NCBI GenBank assembly: GCA_004764695.1
Contig: SMSO01000031.1
Span: forward strand, 3,510,436 to 3,574,435
DNA length: 64,000 bases
Direction of reading: 5' to 3'
DNA from: Schizochytrium sp. TIO01
Taxonomy: Eukaryota > Protista > Bigyra: Labyrinthulomycetes
Shown piece after piece: positions 43,401-52,762 of the stretch (the stretch's first letter is position 1; every line of letters begins with the position of its first letter). Under the pieces are notes generated by a model. The model had not been told where the DNA came from and searched no databases. It saw only the letters and a list, made by a program, of their open reading frames with translations. The position numbers and the translations under genes were made by a program.

Positions 43401-45368
43401 TGCACGAGGATCTTCCCCTCCTTCCGTTTTGTGTGGGCTTAAACTGTAGCCGCGACCTTGATTGATGCGACTTCCATTTACACCGTTCTGCAACTTCTCC
43501 TGTTCTTCGCGTATTCTTTTTTCATGAATTTGTTGTTCAAGCTCACGAGCATATTTTGCTTGTGCATCCAGGCTTTCTGTTTCTGCTGTGTACCTGTATT
43601 TACTCGAAGCCTTACCTCTGTCATCAGGAGGTTTAGCTTGTGTTAGCAATTTATCTCGCTCCTCACGGAGCTTCTTTTCATGAATTTGTTGCTCCAAATC
43701 TTTTGCATACTGTTTGCGAGGGTCGAGACCTTGCAATGGCTGTTCAATTTTGTACTGCACATTTGATGGATCATTCCTAGGCTCCACAGGAAATGCTGAA
43801 CCAGCCGCATTGCCAATTCCGCGTTCTATTATTTTTTCTTGCTCGTCCCGGAGCTTTTTTGCATGAATTTGCTCCTCTAGCTCATGTGCATAGCGCGCGC
43901 GTGCATTCAGAGCTTCTTCGTTTGCACGAGCATCAAAAAAACGCTGACGGTCCTGTTCGCCACTCCCCCCACGATATTCAAGAATATTTTGTTCTTGATC
44001 TCTTAACTTCTTTTCGTGAATCTGCTGTTCAAGTTCATGCGCGTAGCGCGCTCGTGCCTTCAATGCTTCTTCATTTGCACGAATATCAGCAAAGTGCTGA
44101 TGATTTGGTTCTCCGCTACCCCCGCGAAACTCGACGATATTCTGCTCTTGATCCCTTAACTTCTTTTCATGGATCTGCTGCTCTAAATCTTGAGCATATC
44201 GTGCACGAACATCAACAGCTTTCATAAGGTTAGAATCTGATGAGTTGGGAAGTGCGCCGTCAGCTTGACGATCCAAAAATTGATTTTGATTCTCCCTTTT
44301 CTTCTTCTCATGAACTTGAAACTCTAAATCATGTGCAAAAGAAGGCTTTGAGGATGGCCCGGATCTTGGGTGTTCTTGGAAAGCTATGCTTGCAGTGGGG
44401 TCTGCCATACTTCCTAAACCCCTTTCCTCTCCCTGGCGTACTCTACTCTCATGAATGTGTTTCTCCTGGTCCAGAGCATACTGTCTATGCGAGTTTGCAA
44501 GATCGCTCCCAGGCATACTACCACCATGCTCTACATTCAGGGACTTTAAAGCACCACCACCACCTTTGAAATATTGTTCCGTATTTTCAGTACCTGAGCT
44601 ACTGTACTGCTGCGTATTAGACGCAGGATGATCCTGACCTTTGCTTCTTGTATATGCATCACCACTTGGCTGAGATCCAGGTAATAGTCGCGAAGTTGAT
44701 CCGAAATCCTCGAATCGGTTTGATTGCTTGGCGAACCTTGGGGAAGGCTCCAGTGGCTGAATTGTTCGAGATTCATTTACGCGATGAAGATTAGTAATCT
44801 GCTCTTGAGAGTATGAGCCACTCGAAGCGCTATTGACAGGTTTTTTGCGTGCTTCTTGATCCAATGCATTACTAGACTCTTTTGACTTCACCTGAAAGCG
44901 CTGCCTTTTCGCTTCATAGGCTCGCTTTCTTCGCTCCCCAGCTTTTTCTTCTTCGTGATTTCTCTGCTGGTTTTGAGGTGCAACATTCTGAAGACTCATG
45001 CCACCTCGTTCAACAGCGTGAAAAAGATCTGCTAATCGAGGTTTGCTGTCATCAAAAAGCTGCGCAGTACCAGGCCCTGGACCCCCTCTTCCAGCATCAT
45101 TCCCATATATTCCAAACCCACTTGAGATTGTGGTTTCTGAAGGAGCTTCAAGTTTCATTGGCGTTGCATTGGGCTTCCGTCTTCTCTGCTCTCGTTCTCG
45201 CTCGCGTCTACGAAGACGTTCTTCTCGAGAAGCAGAGTTAGCGCCTTCGACAGAGTTGTTTCCTCCATCTCCCGCATTTTCACCTCCGCCAAGTTTTGCC
45301 CATAGCCCATTGCCCCCATGCACACCAGCCTTTGGTGCAAATAATTGTTCTTTGCCCAAAGGTTCCAT
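40404..45368 (-). CDS. Large coiled-coil repeat protein, CSPP1/CCDC66-like (centrosome/cilium-type)
   Basis: About 1650-aa ORF with at least 10 copies of YAx(D/E)LEQQIxEKKxR. First ATG at 45368. The family assignment is by resemblance only. Confidence 0.75.
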   Translation of the reverse strand: MEPLGKEQLFAPKAGVHGGNGLWAKLGGGENAGDGGNNSVEGANSASREERLRRREREREQRRRKPNATPMKLEAPSETTISSGFGIYGNDAGRGGPGPGTAQLFDDSKPRLADLFHAVERGGMSLQNVAPQNQQRNHEEEKAGERRKRAYEAKRQRFQVKSKESSNALDQEARKKPVNSASSGSYSQEQITNLHRVNESRTIQPLEPSPRFAKQSNRFEDFGSTSRLLPGSQPSGDAYTRSKGQDHPASNTQQYSSSGTENTEQYFKGGGGALKSLNVEHGGSMPGSDLANSHRQYALDQEKHIHESRVRQGEERGLGSMADPTASIAFQEHPRSGPSSKPSFAHDLEFQVHEKKKRENQNQFLDRQADGALPNSSDSNLMKAVDVRARYAQDLEQQIHEKKLRDQEQNIVEFRGGSGEPNHQHFADIRANEEALKARARYAHELEQQIHEKKLRDQEQNILEYRGGSGEQDRQRFFDARANEEALNARARYAHELEEQIHAKKLRDEQEKIIERGIGNAAGSAFPVEPRNDPSNVQYKIEQPLQGLDPRKQYAKDLEQQIHEKKLREERDKLLTQAKPPDDRGKASSKYRYTAETESLDAQAKYARELEQQIHEKRIREEQEKLQNGVNGSRINQGRGYSLSPHKTEGGEDPRAQYARELEQQIHDKKMREEREKLLSRGIDGRNSHNSGFDASQHEATDARSKYARELEQQMREKRIRDEQDKLRSRGMDISQHPGQMHSSQMQNGYTPYEQPGAIDPKAKYARDLEKQIREKKLRDQQQTMERRVEEDYSAPSPVAAHAHRNVNRALGWGPSDDDVKAAKKMEYKRFLEIQMAEKRRREEEERASRRGVPSARSMGDPQRLAGTGFNSQSYVPPGTGHLGTQGYDPIRGVQQSLHLQNLGFGSGPGVSNGGVFLPPGGNGGSMGYPAYNAGNAAVYSGMQGAPAGYPQMHTQFGPGISSQSDAYPGMNQQFGNGMTHTVAPEGIGMPGPLQDFTSAVPTLGMPTGYQHPLDSARSQGALSPGRARLPRFTRLNVDPNDPAVQAELAEKKMKQMAQRNELLMQMEMDQERKAREKKDRERQEKEDEERLARERLEIQEALDREKDAQKKKQEHQEQLEQQIAEKKRQREEEELQRKREEEAEDERIARERKELEMKFKEQMKPGQEPIVQSARSHQPDTHQMAPATEKANLFGPPSPLPGNGPGNLRGTAHLFDSPRQDPEVKEDDTDALVHHPMISSRKNSRKSMSSLIQAQEAQEDGQQRPESFSGSTRIHDNALQALLKETAAARSEQARTLEALELVREQLEELKQDQQGGPDVNFHRNVLGYIPAPQPRGRSERSRRGILQDTGRRVVNGLESPLERSMDISSELGSPALRFVDSLFPSSPSGRVMSPSFNEDHALKSESKFILPSGETFDSRNARGGQHYSFSDSTNTARKNLLSPVRGSPKSQVPQPQSPLYSRCSKVNSGNTGVHSTERLLHSPTQENLENQHIKGNRIYSRNPQPVKGLHMLMPQPSKRSPPAPPPCRSQNKYQNSPTKSMHISWSPKSSSHTSILSKSTTIVRGEYNGSVSGTKKKPSDEDFDIYRIHENNRSRLAKLEQIGDCSKLHGDQLDAFLEDFLDKSDSFRPLVNVHPERNLDCETRWLPASKCD

Positions 45369-45540
45369 CCCGGAAGACAAAGTAGGCCGCCGAAGGGCCT
45401 TTTAAAGTTTAGTTCACTCCCAGATTCTGCGCCAGAGAACTCGAACCGAGTTTCATCATCGTGGAGTATGTACTATTATGCCCTTTTCTTGAGGGCTTAA
45501 TTTGCGCAACCCAATTCTGTTTTCCCATGAGACCGTTGAT

Positions 45541-45571
45541 TCATATGTGGAGAACTGCTCTCCACATATGA
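45541..45571. promoter_or_regulatory. 13-bp perfect inverted repeat in a bidirectional promoter
   Basis: TCATATGTGGAGA-ACTGC-TCTCCACATATGA between divergent start codons at 45368 and 45852. Confidence 0.6.
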
Positions 45572-45851
45572 TTAACTATTAGGACACTTACTATTGAGTG
45601 AATTACTTAAAATTTACTAAGTCATTGATTGGAAAATGAGATTGCTTCAAGAAAATTGTCTGCGGTGGTGGCAATAGGTATTATTCGCGCTCTGCATGTA
45701 AACTAAATAGCCATCGTGCGTGTAGAACTTTTACCTCGTTTTGAGAGCACTCGTAGAGGTGCCCGTTGGCTTTTGCTGGACAGCCTTCGGATTTAATAAT
45801 ATACGACGGAGTCGAAGGTGCAGCGCATAAAGCACGGGGAAAGTTTTGCAG

Positions 45852-48800
45852 ATGCCTTTGCAAGAACGTGTAGTGAGATACTCGAGCTCTGCAGGAGAGC
45901 TCATTACCAAGGAGTTTGATTGGGAGAAATGGTACGGGGATGCAGGAGACCGTGCAGTTCGAACGGGGAAAAACTCACTTGCATTCAAGCGATATTTTGC
46001 AAATGAGCTGCTCAAATTGAGACAGGAAATTCGGGCTCAGTATCCAGCAAAACGATCTGCACACGAAATCCACCGCGAGGAAAGACGCCAAAGAAGAGAT
46101 GAGCGCGAAGAACGAAGCGCTTTGGTGCAGGAGCTAGGGCGGCAGTCTTTGCGGCTTCGAGGGGAAGGACCCGGTAGAAAGCGAGGTCGACGTCCGGGTG
46201 AAAAACAGCTCGTGATCCCAAGCGATAGTAATGAGTCCGGAGAAGCTGAGGGTGAATACGCAGACTCTAGTGAGGATGAGGATTGGGAAACAGACGAATG
46301 GTCAAAGGCTGAAATCGAAGGAGCCCTGGATCTGCTTATCCAAGAAGTTCGAACATCACCCCAGGCTAAAAGGCGACGAGTCGCAACAAAGATGATAATC
46401 AAGCTAATTAAACGACATCAAATGGCTCGAGATCATATTGACCTTTTAATGCCTTCATTGGTGGAAAGGGCTCTGTTTGTTGATTTGTCAGCAACTCGAC
46501 GTACATCAGAAACATCGAGACTCTCACAACTTGTTGCTGACATTGTCTTTGTTTTGCCAGAAAAAATGTCACGCTTTGGTTGTGCTAAAAAAGCATCGCA
46601 AATTTTAGCACGAAAGTTTCAACTAGCTGCTCTGCTTATTCAAAGCTGGCACCGCATGCGGGTCTTCAAACGCAAGAAAGCGCAAAATATGCCATTAGAG
46701 TTCCGTGTGCGACGTCGCGCTCTTTTGCTGGTAGCTTTTGTGGATACTTTGGAACAATGGCGACGTTTTAGTCAGAGTCCCGCTGCATCTTTAACCTTGA
46801 CCGATAAAGTCATCATCCTCCGTATATTATGTGGTCTTGTTGGAGAATCAAATAAGTTCTTTCGCTTGAAAGACCGGCGAATGATCGTGGAGAATGGGGG
46901 GACATTAGCCATAATTGAGCTTGCTTTAAACCCCTCCCTAGATACTCGCATGCTTGCAATTCAAACATTGGCATATATTGCCTCTGAGCCGTGCTTACAA
47001 TTACCACTGCTTCAAAGCGGAGTACATATTTTGTTAGGAATTCTTTTGCAGTCAGATCTTGTCGAGGATCGTTGCATGGCAATCGAAGTTGCTGATTTAT
47101 TAGCTGGTGCGACTTGCTTTGGGGAGTCTCCTTCTGCATGGTATGATGCCTGGGCACGCGCTGGTAAAAGGTATGAGGAGGTGTCAGAGGCAGACGTACC
47201 CACTTCATCGAATCGGTCTGCTTTACGCAAAGGGGGGGCTTTGGCAAAAAAAACAGAAGATTTAGGGAAACTGTCAACATTTCGACGAGCTCTTGATCCT
47301 GGGTGGCGAATGGTCGATGCGGCTGCATTAATCATAGATAGACGACGTGATGGAGGACTTTTGCGCTGGCTCCGCTACCAACTTCAGGCCAATGATGGGA
47401 TAGTTAGACTAGGTGCTACAATGGTGCTCTTGAAGTTAGCAAGCGGAGTTGCAAATCCACAGATAGCATTTGTACAAGAAAAGAGAACCTTTCATGAAAA
47501 CTTGAAAGGTTTTACATCGAAGTTTTCGCTGCGAAGAGAACAGTTTTTAAGTGCTCTACTCCACAACTTATCAGACCTAGACACAGCTGGTTTACAAATT
47601 GCAAGCCTGCAACTCCTTGCCCAACTATGTGCGTGCAAAGCTACACGGTATGCGTTGATTGCAGCTGGTCTTCCTCAACGCATTTTACAAGAAGTTGGAG
47701 GAATATATGGACTTCTTGGTATCGTCTTAATGTCTTCTCAAAGCTTGCACCCGGTCAGGTTGCAGGATGTGAGTGATTATGCGAATATGGAAGCTCCCTC
47801 TTTAACAGTCCGTGGTCATCAGCTACCTTTACTTGGTATATTAGAGCTTGACATTTTTGCTAGCGAGGCGGAATTAAGACAATGTACAGAAGCAAGTATC
47901 CTTGCTCTAGTTTCTTCAAGCAAACCAGTTGTTTCAAGAGCTGCTATGCAAACATTAATTTATCGGTTTGATGCTTTGACTCCACTTTTAGAATTCCTGT
48001 TTGTCTCTGAGCCAGTAGGTCTGTTGGAACGTGTAGAACTTGTGTCTAGTGCTGCCCTTACGCTTTCACGAACTAGTAATGTCTGTGGAACAGAAATATT
48101 GGAATCTATCTCTGAGAATCATCAACTCCAACGACTCATGGAACCATTAACAATTCTTTTAGGAGATAAGTACGAGTACCTACATAAATCGGTTCAAGAT
48201 TTAGTGTTGGTTGCTTCTGCAGGTGGTTGTCAAGCGCTTTGTTCAATTGCACGTGGAACTGCGCGGGAAGACGTGGCGAGGTGCTTGCAACAAGCAAAGT
48301 ACGTTGCCTTTCTCAGTGAATGTGTATTTCGATTTGCACACGAGACTCATACACTCTATAAGGATTTGTGCTGCCAAGCAGCAAGTCTCCTTGGTGCTCT
48401 ATGCCTCTATCAAGGCCTCGAAAAGGAGTCTTTGAGCGACTTACTCTCGGAAACAAAAACGGACGCGCCATGTGAAGAAGATGATGACCTTGACGATGCA
48501 GACGAATCTGTGCAACGGCGCGCACTTATTAGCCGAGCTCGACAAAATGCGAAAAAGGCAGCGGAGCAGGGCTTGCGAAGCCTTGGCTGGGCTGACGTGC
48601 GATCAAGACTTCCTACGCAGAAAGCGCGAGAACTTGGGAACGAAATTCTGGAAAGTTGTGGTCCTTGTCTTTTGAAAGCTCTTCAAAATACAAAAGATCT
48701 GAGCATGCAAACCTCAGTTTGCTATGCCTTAAGCCGGTTTGCCAGCGTATATAGTGGAGCAAAACGGCTTCTGGAAATGGATGCTATTGGTCCCGTTATT

Positions 48801-50000
48801 GCAATGTTACCTGGCCGTGCAGAAATAGGTGAGGACAACAAGCCAAATGAAGAACATGCTGAGCGCCTTGCAGCATTACCTGCCTCTTTCTTTACATTTT
48901 GTGCGGGTTTAGCACGCACCTACAAGGGTAAGATTGCAATGATCTCTAGCGACGTGCTTCGACATGCAGTAGATGTTCTTTGCCTTATTAGTCCTGATTA
49001 TGATCCACGCTTACATGGAGAAGCTGCGCTGGTCATTGCACGGGTAGCTAATACACACGATGCAGTTTATGGATCTTGCAATGAAATGATTTTACGAGGT
49101 CGATACAACTGCGCCAAGCCATTGATGAACTTAGCAACTGGTTCGAAGTTTCCTTTTCGTGTTAGGTTTCATGCTTTGTTGGCACTTGCGCAAATGACTG
49201 AAGATGATATGCTTGCAATTCCTAAGCTCACTCGTGTTGGAATTATGCCGGCTATGTGTAAGCTTGTACAAGATCTTGAACAGGAGGAGGGCGAAAGTGT
49301 CGATTGCTTGCTCACTCAAGCACTCCGCATATTGCATGCTCTTGTAAGTTATCTAATGGGAATCCATCAAGGTCGTATTTTAGACGAGGGAGTAGAGCCA
49401 GTTCTTCAACGTCTGTCTAGTCGCAAGAGTATTCATAGCAAAGAAAAGTCGAACTCACAGCCAACAGTGGCTGAAATCGCACGTACAATCTTGGAGGGCT
49501 TAAGCCTAACTTTAACGTATGGTCCGAAGGTTGCGCATGAAATCAGGGCGACGCCAGGTCTAGAACCAGAAGAACCGCTTATTCGTGAAATAATTGATGA
49601 GGAGACATCCCGTGCAGATCTCACTGACCATGTAGGCAACCCCTTTGGGGATCGCCTTGAGCTCGGGACGTTTTATTCAACCCGACTAGGACGTCTTTGT
49701 AAGTCTAATGATATAGAAAAGTGTTCGCCTCGGCCCAGGCGGCAGCGAATAATAGACATGCGAGAGGAGGAAAGCGGCGAGATCAATAACCACGAGAAGA
49801 TCCCAGTGGACTCAAAAAGCCCGCGTGATTTTGTGTTTGCTTTTGGAGTGTCAAGCAGCATCATCTCATCAGAAGCTGAGCCTAGCGCAAGTAAGTTTCG
49901 ACAACAAGGAGGAGCTCATGTGGACCTGCGGTTGACACGTCCACCGCCGCGGCAGAGTATTTTACGTGCTACACGTCCTCTGGAAAATCAACAAACTTGA
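45852..50000 (+). CDS. Armadillo/HEAT-repeat protein with IQ motif
   Basis: About 1380 aa. IQ motif AALLIQSWHRMRVFKR; ARM-like repeats (IVENGGTLAIIELAL, LLEMDAIGPVIAML, ILDEGVEPVLQRLS). First ATG at 45852. Confidence 0.85.
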   Translation: MPLQERVVRYSSSAGELITKEFDWEKWYGDAGDRAVRTGKNSLAFKRYFANELLKLRQEIRAQYPAKRSAHEIHREERRQRRDEREERSALVQELGRQSLRLRGEGPGRKRGRRPGEKQLVIPSDSNESGEAEGEYADSSEDEDWETDEWSKAEIEGALDLLIQEVRTSPQAKRRRVATKMIIKLIKRHQMARDHIDLLMPSLVERALFVDLSATRRTSETSRLSQLVADIVFVLPEKMSRFGCAKKASQILARKFQLAALLIQSWHRMRVFKRKKAQNMPLEFRVRRRALLLVAFVDTLEQWRRFSQSPAASLTLTDKVIILRILCGLVGESNKFFRLKDRRMIVENGGTLAIIELALNPSLDTRMLAIQTLAYIASEPCLQLPLLQSGVHILLGILLQSDLVEDRCMAIEVADLLAGATCFGESPSAWYDAWARAGKRYEEVSEADVPTSSNRSALRKGGALAKKTEDLGKLSTFRRALDPGWRMVDAAALIIDRRRDGGLLRWLRYQLQANDGIVRLGATMVLLKLASGVANPQIAFVQEKRTFHENLKGFTSKFSLRREQFLSALLHNLSDLDTAGLQIASLQLLAQLCACKATRYALIAAGLPQRILQEVGGIYGLLGIVLMSSQSLHPVRLQDVSDYANMEAPSLTVRGHQLPLLGILELDIFASEAELRQCTEASILALVSSSKPVVSRAAMQTLIYRFDALTPLLEFLFVSEPVGLLERVELVSSAALTLSRTSNVCGTEILESISENHQLQRLMEPLTILLGDKYEYLHKSVQDLVLVASAGGCQALCSIARGTAREDVARCLQQAKYVAFLSECVFRFAHETHTLYKDLCCQAASLLGALCLYQGLEKESLSDLLSETKTDAPCEEDDDLDDADESVQRRALISRARQNAKKAAEQGLRSLGWADVRSRLPTQKARELGNEILESCGPCLLKALQNTKDLSMQTSVCYALSRFASVYSGAKRLLEMDAIGPVIAMLPGRAEIGEDNKPNEEHAERLAALPASFFTFCAGLARTYKGKIAMISSDVLRHAVDVLCLISPDYDPRLHGEAALVIARVANTHDAVYGSCNEMILRGRYNCAKPLMNLATGSKFPFRVRFHALLALAQMTEDDMLAIPKLTRVGIMPAMCKLVQDLEQEEGESVDCLLTQALRILHALVSYLMGIHQGRILDEGVEPVLQRLSSRKSIHSKEKSNSQPTVAEIARTILEGLSLTLTYGPKVAHEIRATPGLEPEEPLIREIIDEETSRADLTDHVGNPFGDRLELGTFYSTRLGRLCKSNDIEKCSPRPRRQRIIDMREEESGEINNHEKIPVDSKSPRDFVFAFGVSSSIISSEAEPSASKFRQQGGAHVDLRLTRPPPRQSILRATRPLENQQT

Positions 50001-50797
50001 GCATATAGGAGATGTTTTCCATTATGTTAAGGCTTGGGAATACTTTTCCTTTTGTAAGGGCCTCCCTCATTTTTGAAAATGAATTTAGGCAGTCGATTTT
50101 TGCTCGTATGCATAATACATTATGTAAGCAAGTGATTGAAACCAAGGATTGATGCAAGAATTCAACGAATTGACCATCTTAGTTGGTCGTCAAGGTTGCA
50201 GCTGAAATCCTCTTTCCGAGATTGTACTACTAAGTCAGTATCAAGTTGAGCCTGAGACAACGTACGGCTGACGATTCAGTTCATGAGATTATGGATATCA
50301 TCGATGTTAAATGTGGAATTAAATGCAGAAATGAATAAAGGACGGCGTCACCTCAGCAAAGATTTGGGTCAAACACGTAATCCACATAACGTCAGTCGCC
50401 TCGGTAGCCTTTGTTGCCTTTGAACTCAGCACCAAAAGCTCTGCGCATGCCCGCGAGAATCTCTGAACCTCTGCATCTGGTACGTATAAGTATTGTGTAT
50501 ATACGTTTTTATGTACGTATGTGTGTATGTACGCATGTGTCTTTGTAATCTTTTCTTCTTTGTAGTTCTTCGTAATTTTTCGTAAATCATGTGTTCTTCC
50601 GTGTAGGCGAATATGTATACAGTGCAGCGGAGTAAGTGTTTCAGTGACCGCTACTTTGCATGCATATGGTATTCTTCACGTCTGAGGGTTCTCATTGCCT
50701 CGCCAGGCAGTCTGTTGAGATCCACCGAAGTGCATTTCAGCGTTTCATCGGCGATCTCGCACGAGATCAGAAATCAATCTTGATCTTGTGTTTCACT

Positions 50798-51487
50798 TCA
50801 AACAAACTGTGGCGGCGGCGGGTTGAGTCCGGGTCCGTCGAGAGCGTCAAGTGGGTCAGGTTCAATAGGCTGGCGAAAGGAGGCATGGACTCCAGTGAAG
50901 AGCGTACCGAAGAAGAGGATTGAGAAGAGGGTGGAGAAAATGCCACCAAAGAAGGCCACGAAGGCTGTGAGAGGGATAAGAATCATAACCTTCTCACTCT
51001 TGCCAACCTCATACTTGCCGACCTTGATGACGTCCTCAGCCTTGTTCACCTTGAAGAAGAACGCCCAGAGACCTGCGAGCAGCGCGAGCTCAAATAGAAG
51101 GAACGGAGATGTGAGCACGAAGTAGATGAGGGTCACAGCATAGATGAGTGAGTACGACAGCCTAAAATGCCGCGTGTTCGCGCTGAGGCGCGAGGTCCAC
51201 TCGGATCTGGTCTGGGGCTTACTGAAGCCAGTAGGATTAACCAGATCCTTGGCCTCGCTGCGGATCTTCGCAGTTGCATCCGCCACGCTGTTCAGGCCCT
51301 GGAGAGGGTTCACGGTCTTGGCGTACGAGACTACCCCAGATCCGAGCGAAATGAGCTGCGAGAGGCGGGCGTGGGCCCGGGCCTCGGCGCTGTTGGACCC
51401 ATCATCGGATCCGGACATTGAGTCTCCGTGGCCTACCGCCGTCGCCATCGGCACAGTTGTCTCGTCGGCGTCCATCTTGAGCGCCAT
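50798..51487 (-). CDS. PRA1 (prenylated Rab acceptor) family protein
   Basis: FSKPQT..EWTSRLSANTRHFRLSY, hydrophobic hairpins and C-terminal GVHASFRQP. Confidence 0.9.
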   Translation of the reverse strand: MALKMDADETTVPMATAVGHGDSMSGSDDGSNSAEARAHARLSQLISLGSGVVSYAKTVNPLQGLNSVADATAKIRSEAKDLVNPTGFSKPQTRSEWTSRLSANTRHFRLSYSLIYAVTLIYFVLTSPFLLFELALLAGLWAFFFKVNKAEDVIKVGKYEVGKSEKVMILIPLTAFVAFFGGIFSTLFSILFFGTLFTGVHASFRQPIEPDPLDALDGPGLNPPPPQFV

Positions 51488-51962
51488 TTTGGACGGGGTT
51501 GCGAGTTTGTTTGAGGTTGACTAACTTCTTTTTAGTCGAGTGAAAACTTCGACAATCGAAGCAGCAGCCTATCAGCTACAACGACAGCGACGACGATCCC
51601 CACCGTCTAGTCGTTCTGTCCGTCGGCCAAGCAAGCTCAGTCGAGGTAGCAGAGAACTCAGCGATGCTTGCTTTGCTCGTGACAAGGTGGATCAAAGTCC
51701 CTGCTGCTGCAAAACCGGCCTTCTCTTTCTCTCTTTCTCTTTCTCTTTCTCTTTCTCTTTCTGTGCGTGCCTCATTATTACTGTTATATCATTTGATTTG
51801 TTGTATTCGAGTTCAAGTTGTTCTTTTTTCTTTTTTCTTTTTTCATTTTATTTTATTCTCAAACAAATAATTAAGTCAATAATCAAGGAGGAATAACAAG
51901 TAACAAGAATTAGAAGAGAAAGAAGAAAGAAAGAAAGAAAGAAAGAAAAACCTAAATTAAAG

Positions 51963-52200
51963 CTCGAGGTTTGATGAAAAGGTTTTCAGCTCCTGCAGAT
52001 TTAGGTAGCCTGCATTGTGTCGCTTGGGAGGGCCGTGCTTCTGGGAAAGCAGGTCAGGCTAGATGAAATGCACACGTTTGCTCTCTCGTTTAGGATGATT
52101 TTGCAGCTGCCCGAAGCTCCCGTCGCGAGCAGGTCTCAAGAAATTCGCAATTGGGGAGTTCTTTGTATGCGGGTTTTTCTTTCCATGTAAAGACATCGGG
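51963..52200 (+). ncRNA. Putative structured RNA domain A (unidentified)
   Basis: Nested helices: CUCGA/UCGGG (51963/52196), AUGAAAAG/CUUUCCAU (51974/52179, 1 mismatch), AGCUCC/GGAGUU (51988/52155), UAGCCUG/CAGGCUA (52006/52055) and UGCUU/AAGCA (52036/52047). No ORF. Confidence 0.4.
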
Positions 52201-52250
52201 ATACCTAACTAGGTAGTACTAACTACTATTGGTTAGAAAGGGGTGAGAAA

Positions 52251-52466
52251 ATGAGCAGAAAAGAACGGATAGCAGAACGGTTGAACGAGCTTCGTGACCG
52301 GTGGAATGATGGGTATGTGTCAGTCCCTGCGATCATGTTCGTAGAGATTGCTGCTACAAGGGATCTCTACATCCCCTGAGTGCTTCGGCCCTATGCATTG
52401 GGCTTAATATCACCTTTGGGATCCCCGAAGCTCGTTTTTGGCTGCTTCTTCTGCTTTTCTGTACAT
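52251..52466 (+). ncRNA. Putative structured RNA domain B (unidentified)
   Basis: Nested helices: CAGAAAAG/CUUUUCUG (52256/52454), AACGAGCUUCG/CGAAGCUCGUU (52284/52426, 11 bp perfect) and GUAGAGAU/AUCUCUAC (52341/52363). No ORF. Confidence 0.6.
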
Positions 52467-52660
52467 AAGCTGTGAGTCGATTTCTCTCATGAACTAATTA
52501 ATTTCTCTCCAAATGTTAATGTTGTGTATTTTTTTAATTTTTTATTTGGTTATATAAATGACAAAAACTAGAAAAAGAAATTGAAAATAAAAATAAAAAA
52601 TAAAAAAGATTAAATTATAAAATTAAAATTAATAGGAAGTAGTTCTTGAATAATAGCTAC

Positions 52661-52710
52661 TCATTCATTCATTCATTCATTCATTCATTCATTCATTCAT
52701 TCATTCATTC
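52661..52710. repeat. (CATT)n microsatellite inside a putative intron
   Basis: About 12 tandem units. Confidence 0.97.
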
Positions 52711-52762
52711 GTCACACAATTCCTCTTTCAGGATCTCCTCTACCATTCAAGATACGCGTAGA

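Noticed and set aside
52031-52135. SRP RNA helix-8-like AGCAG motifs
   Set aside because: No CCAGG partner, no GNRA tetraloop and no Alu domain.
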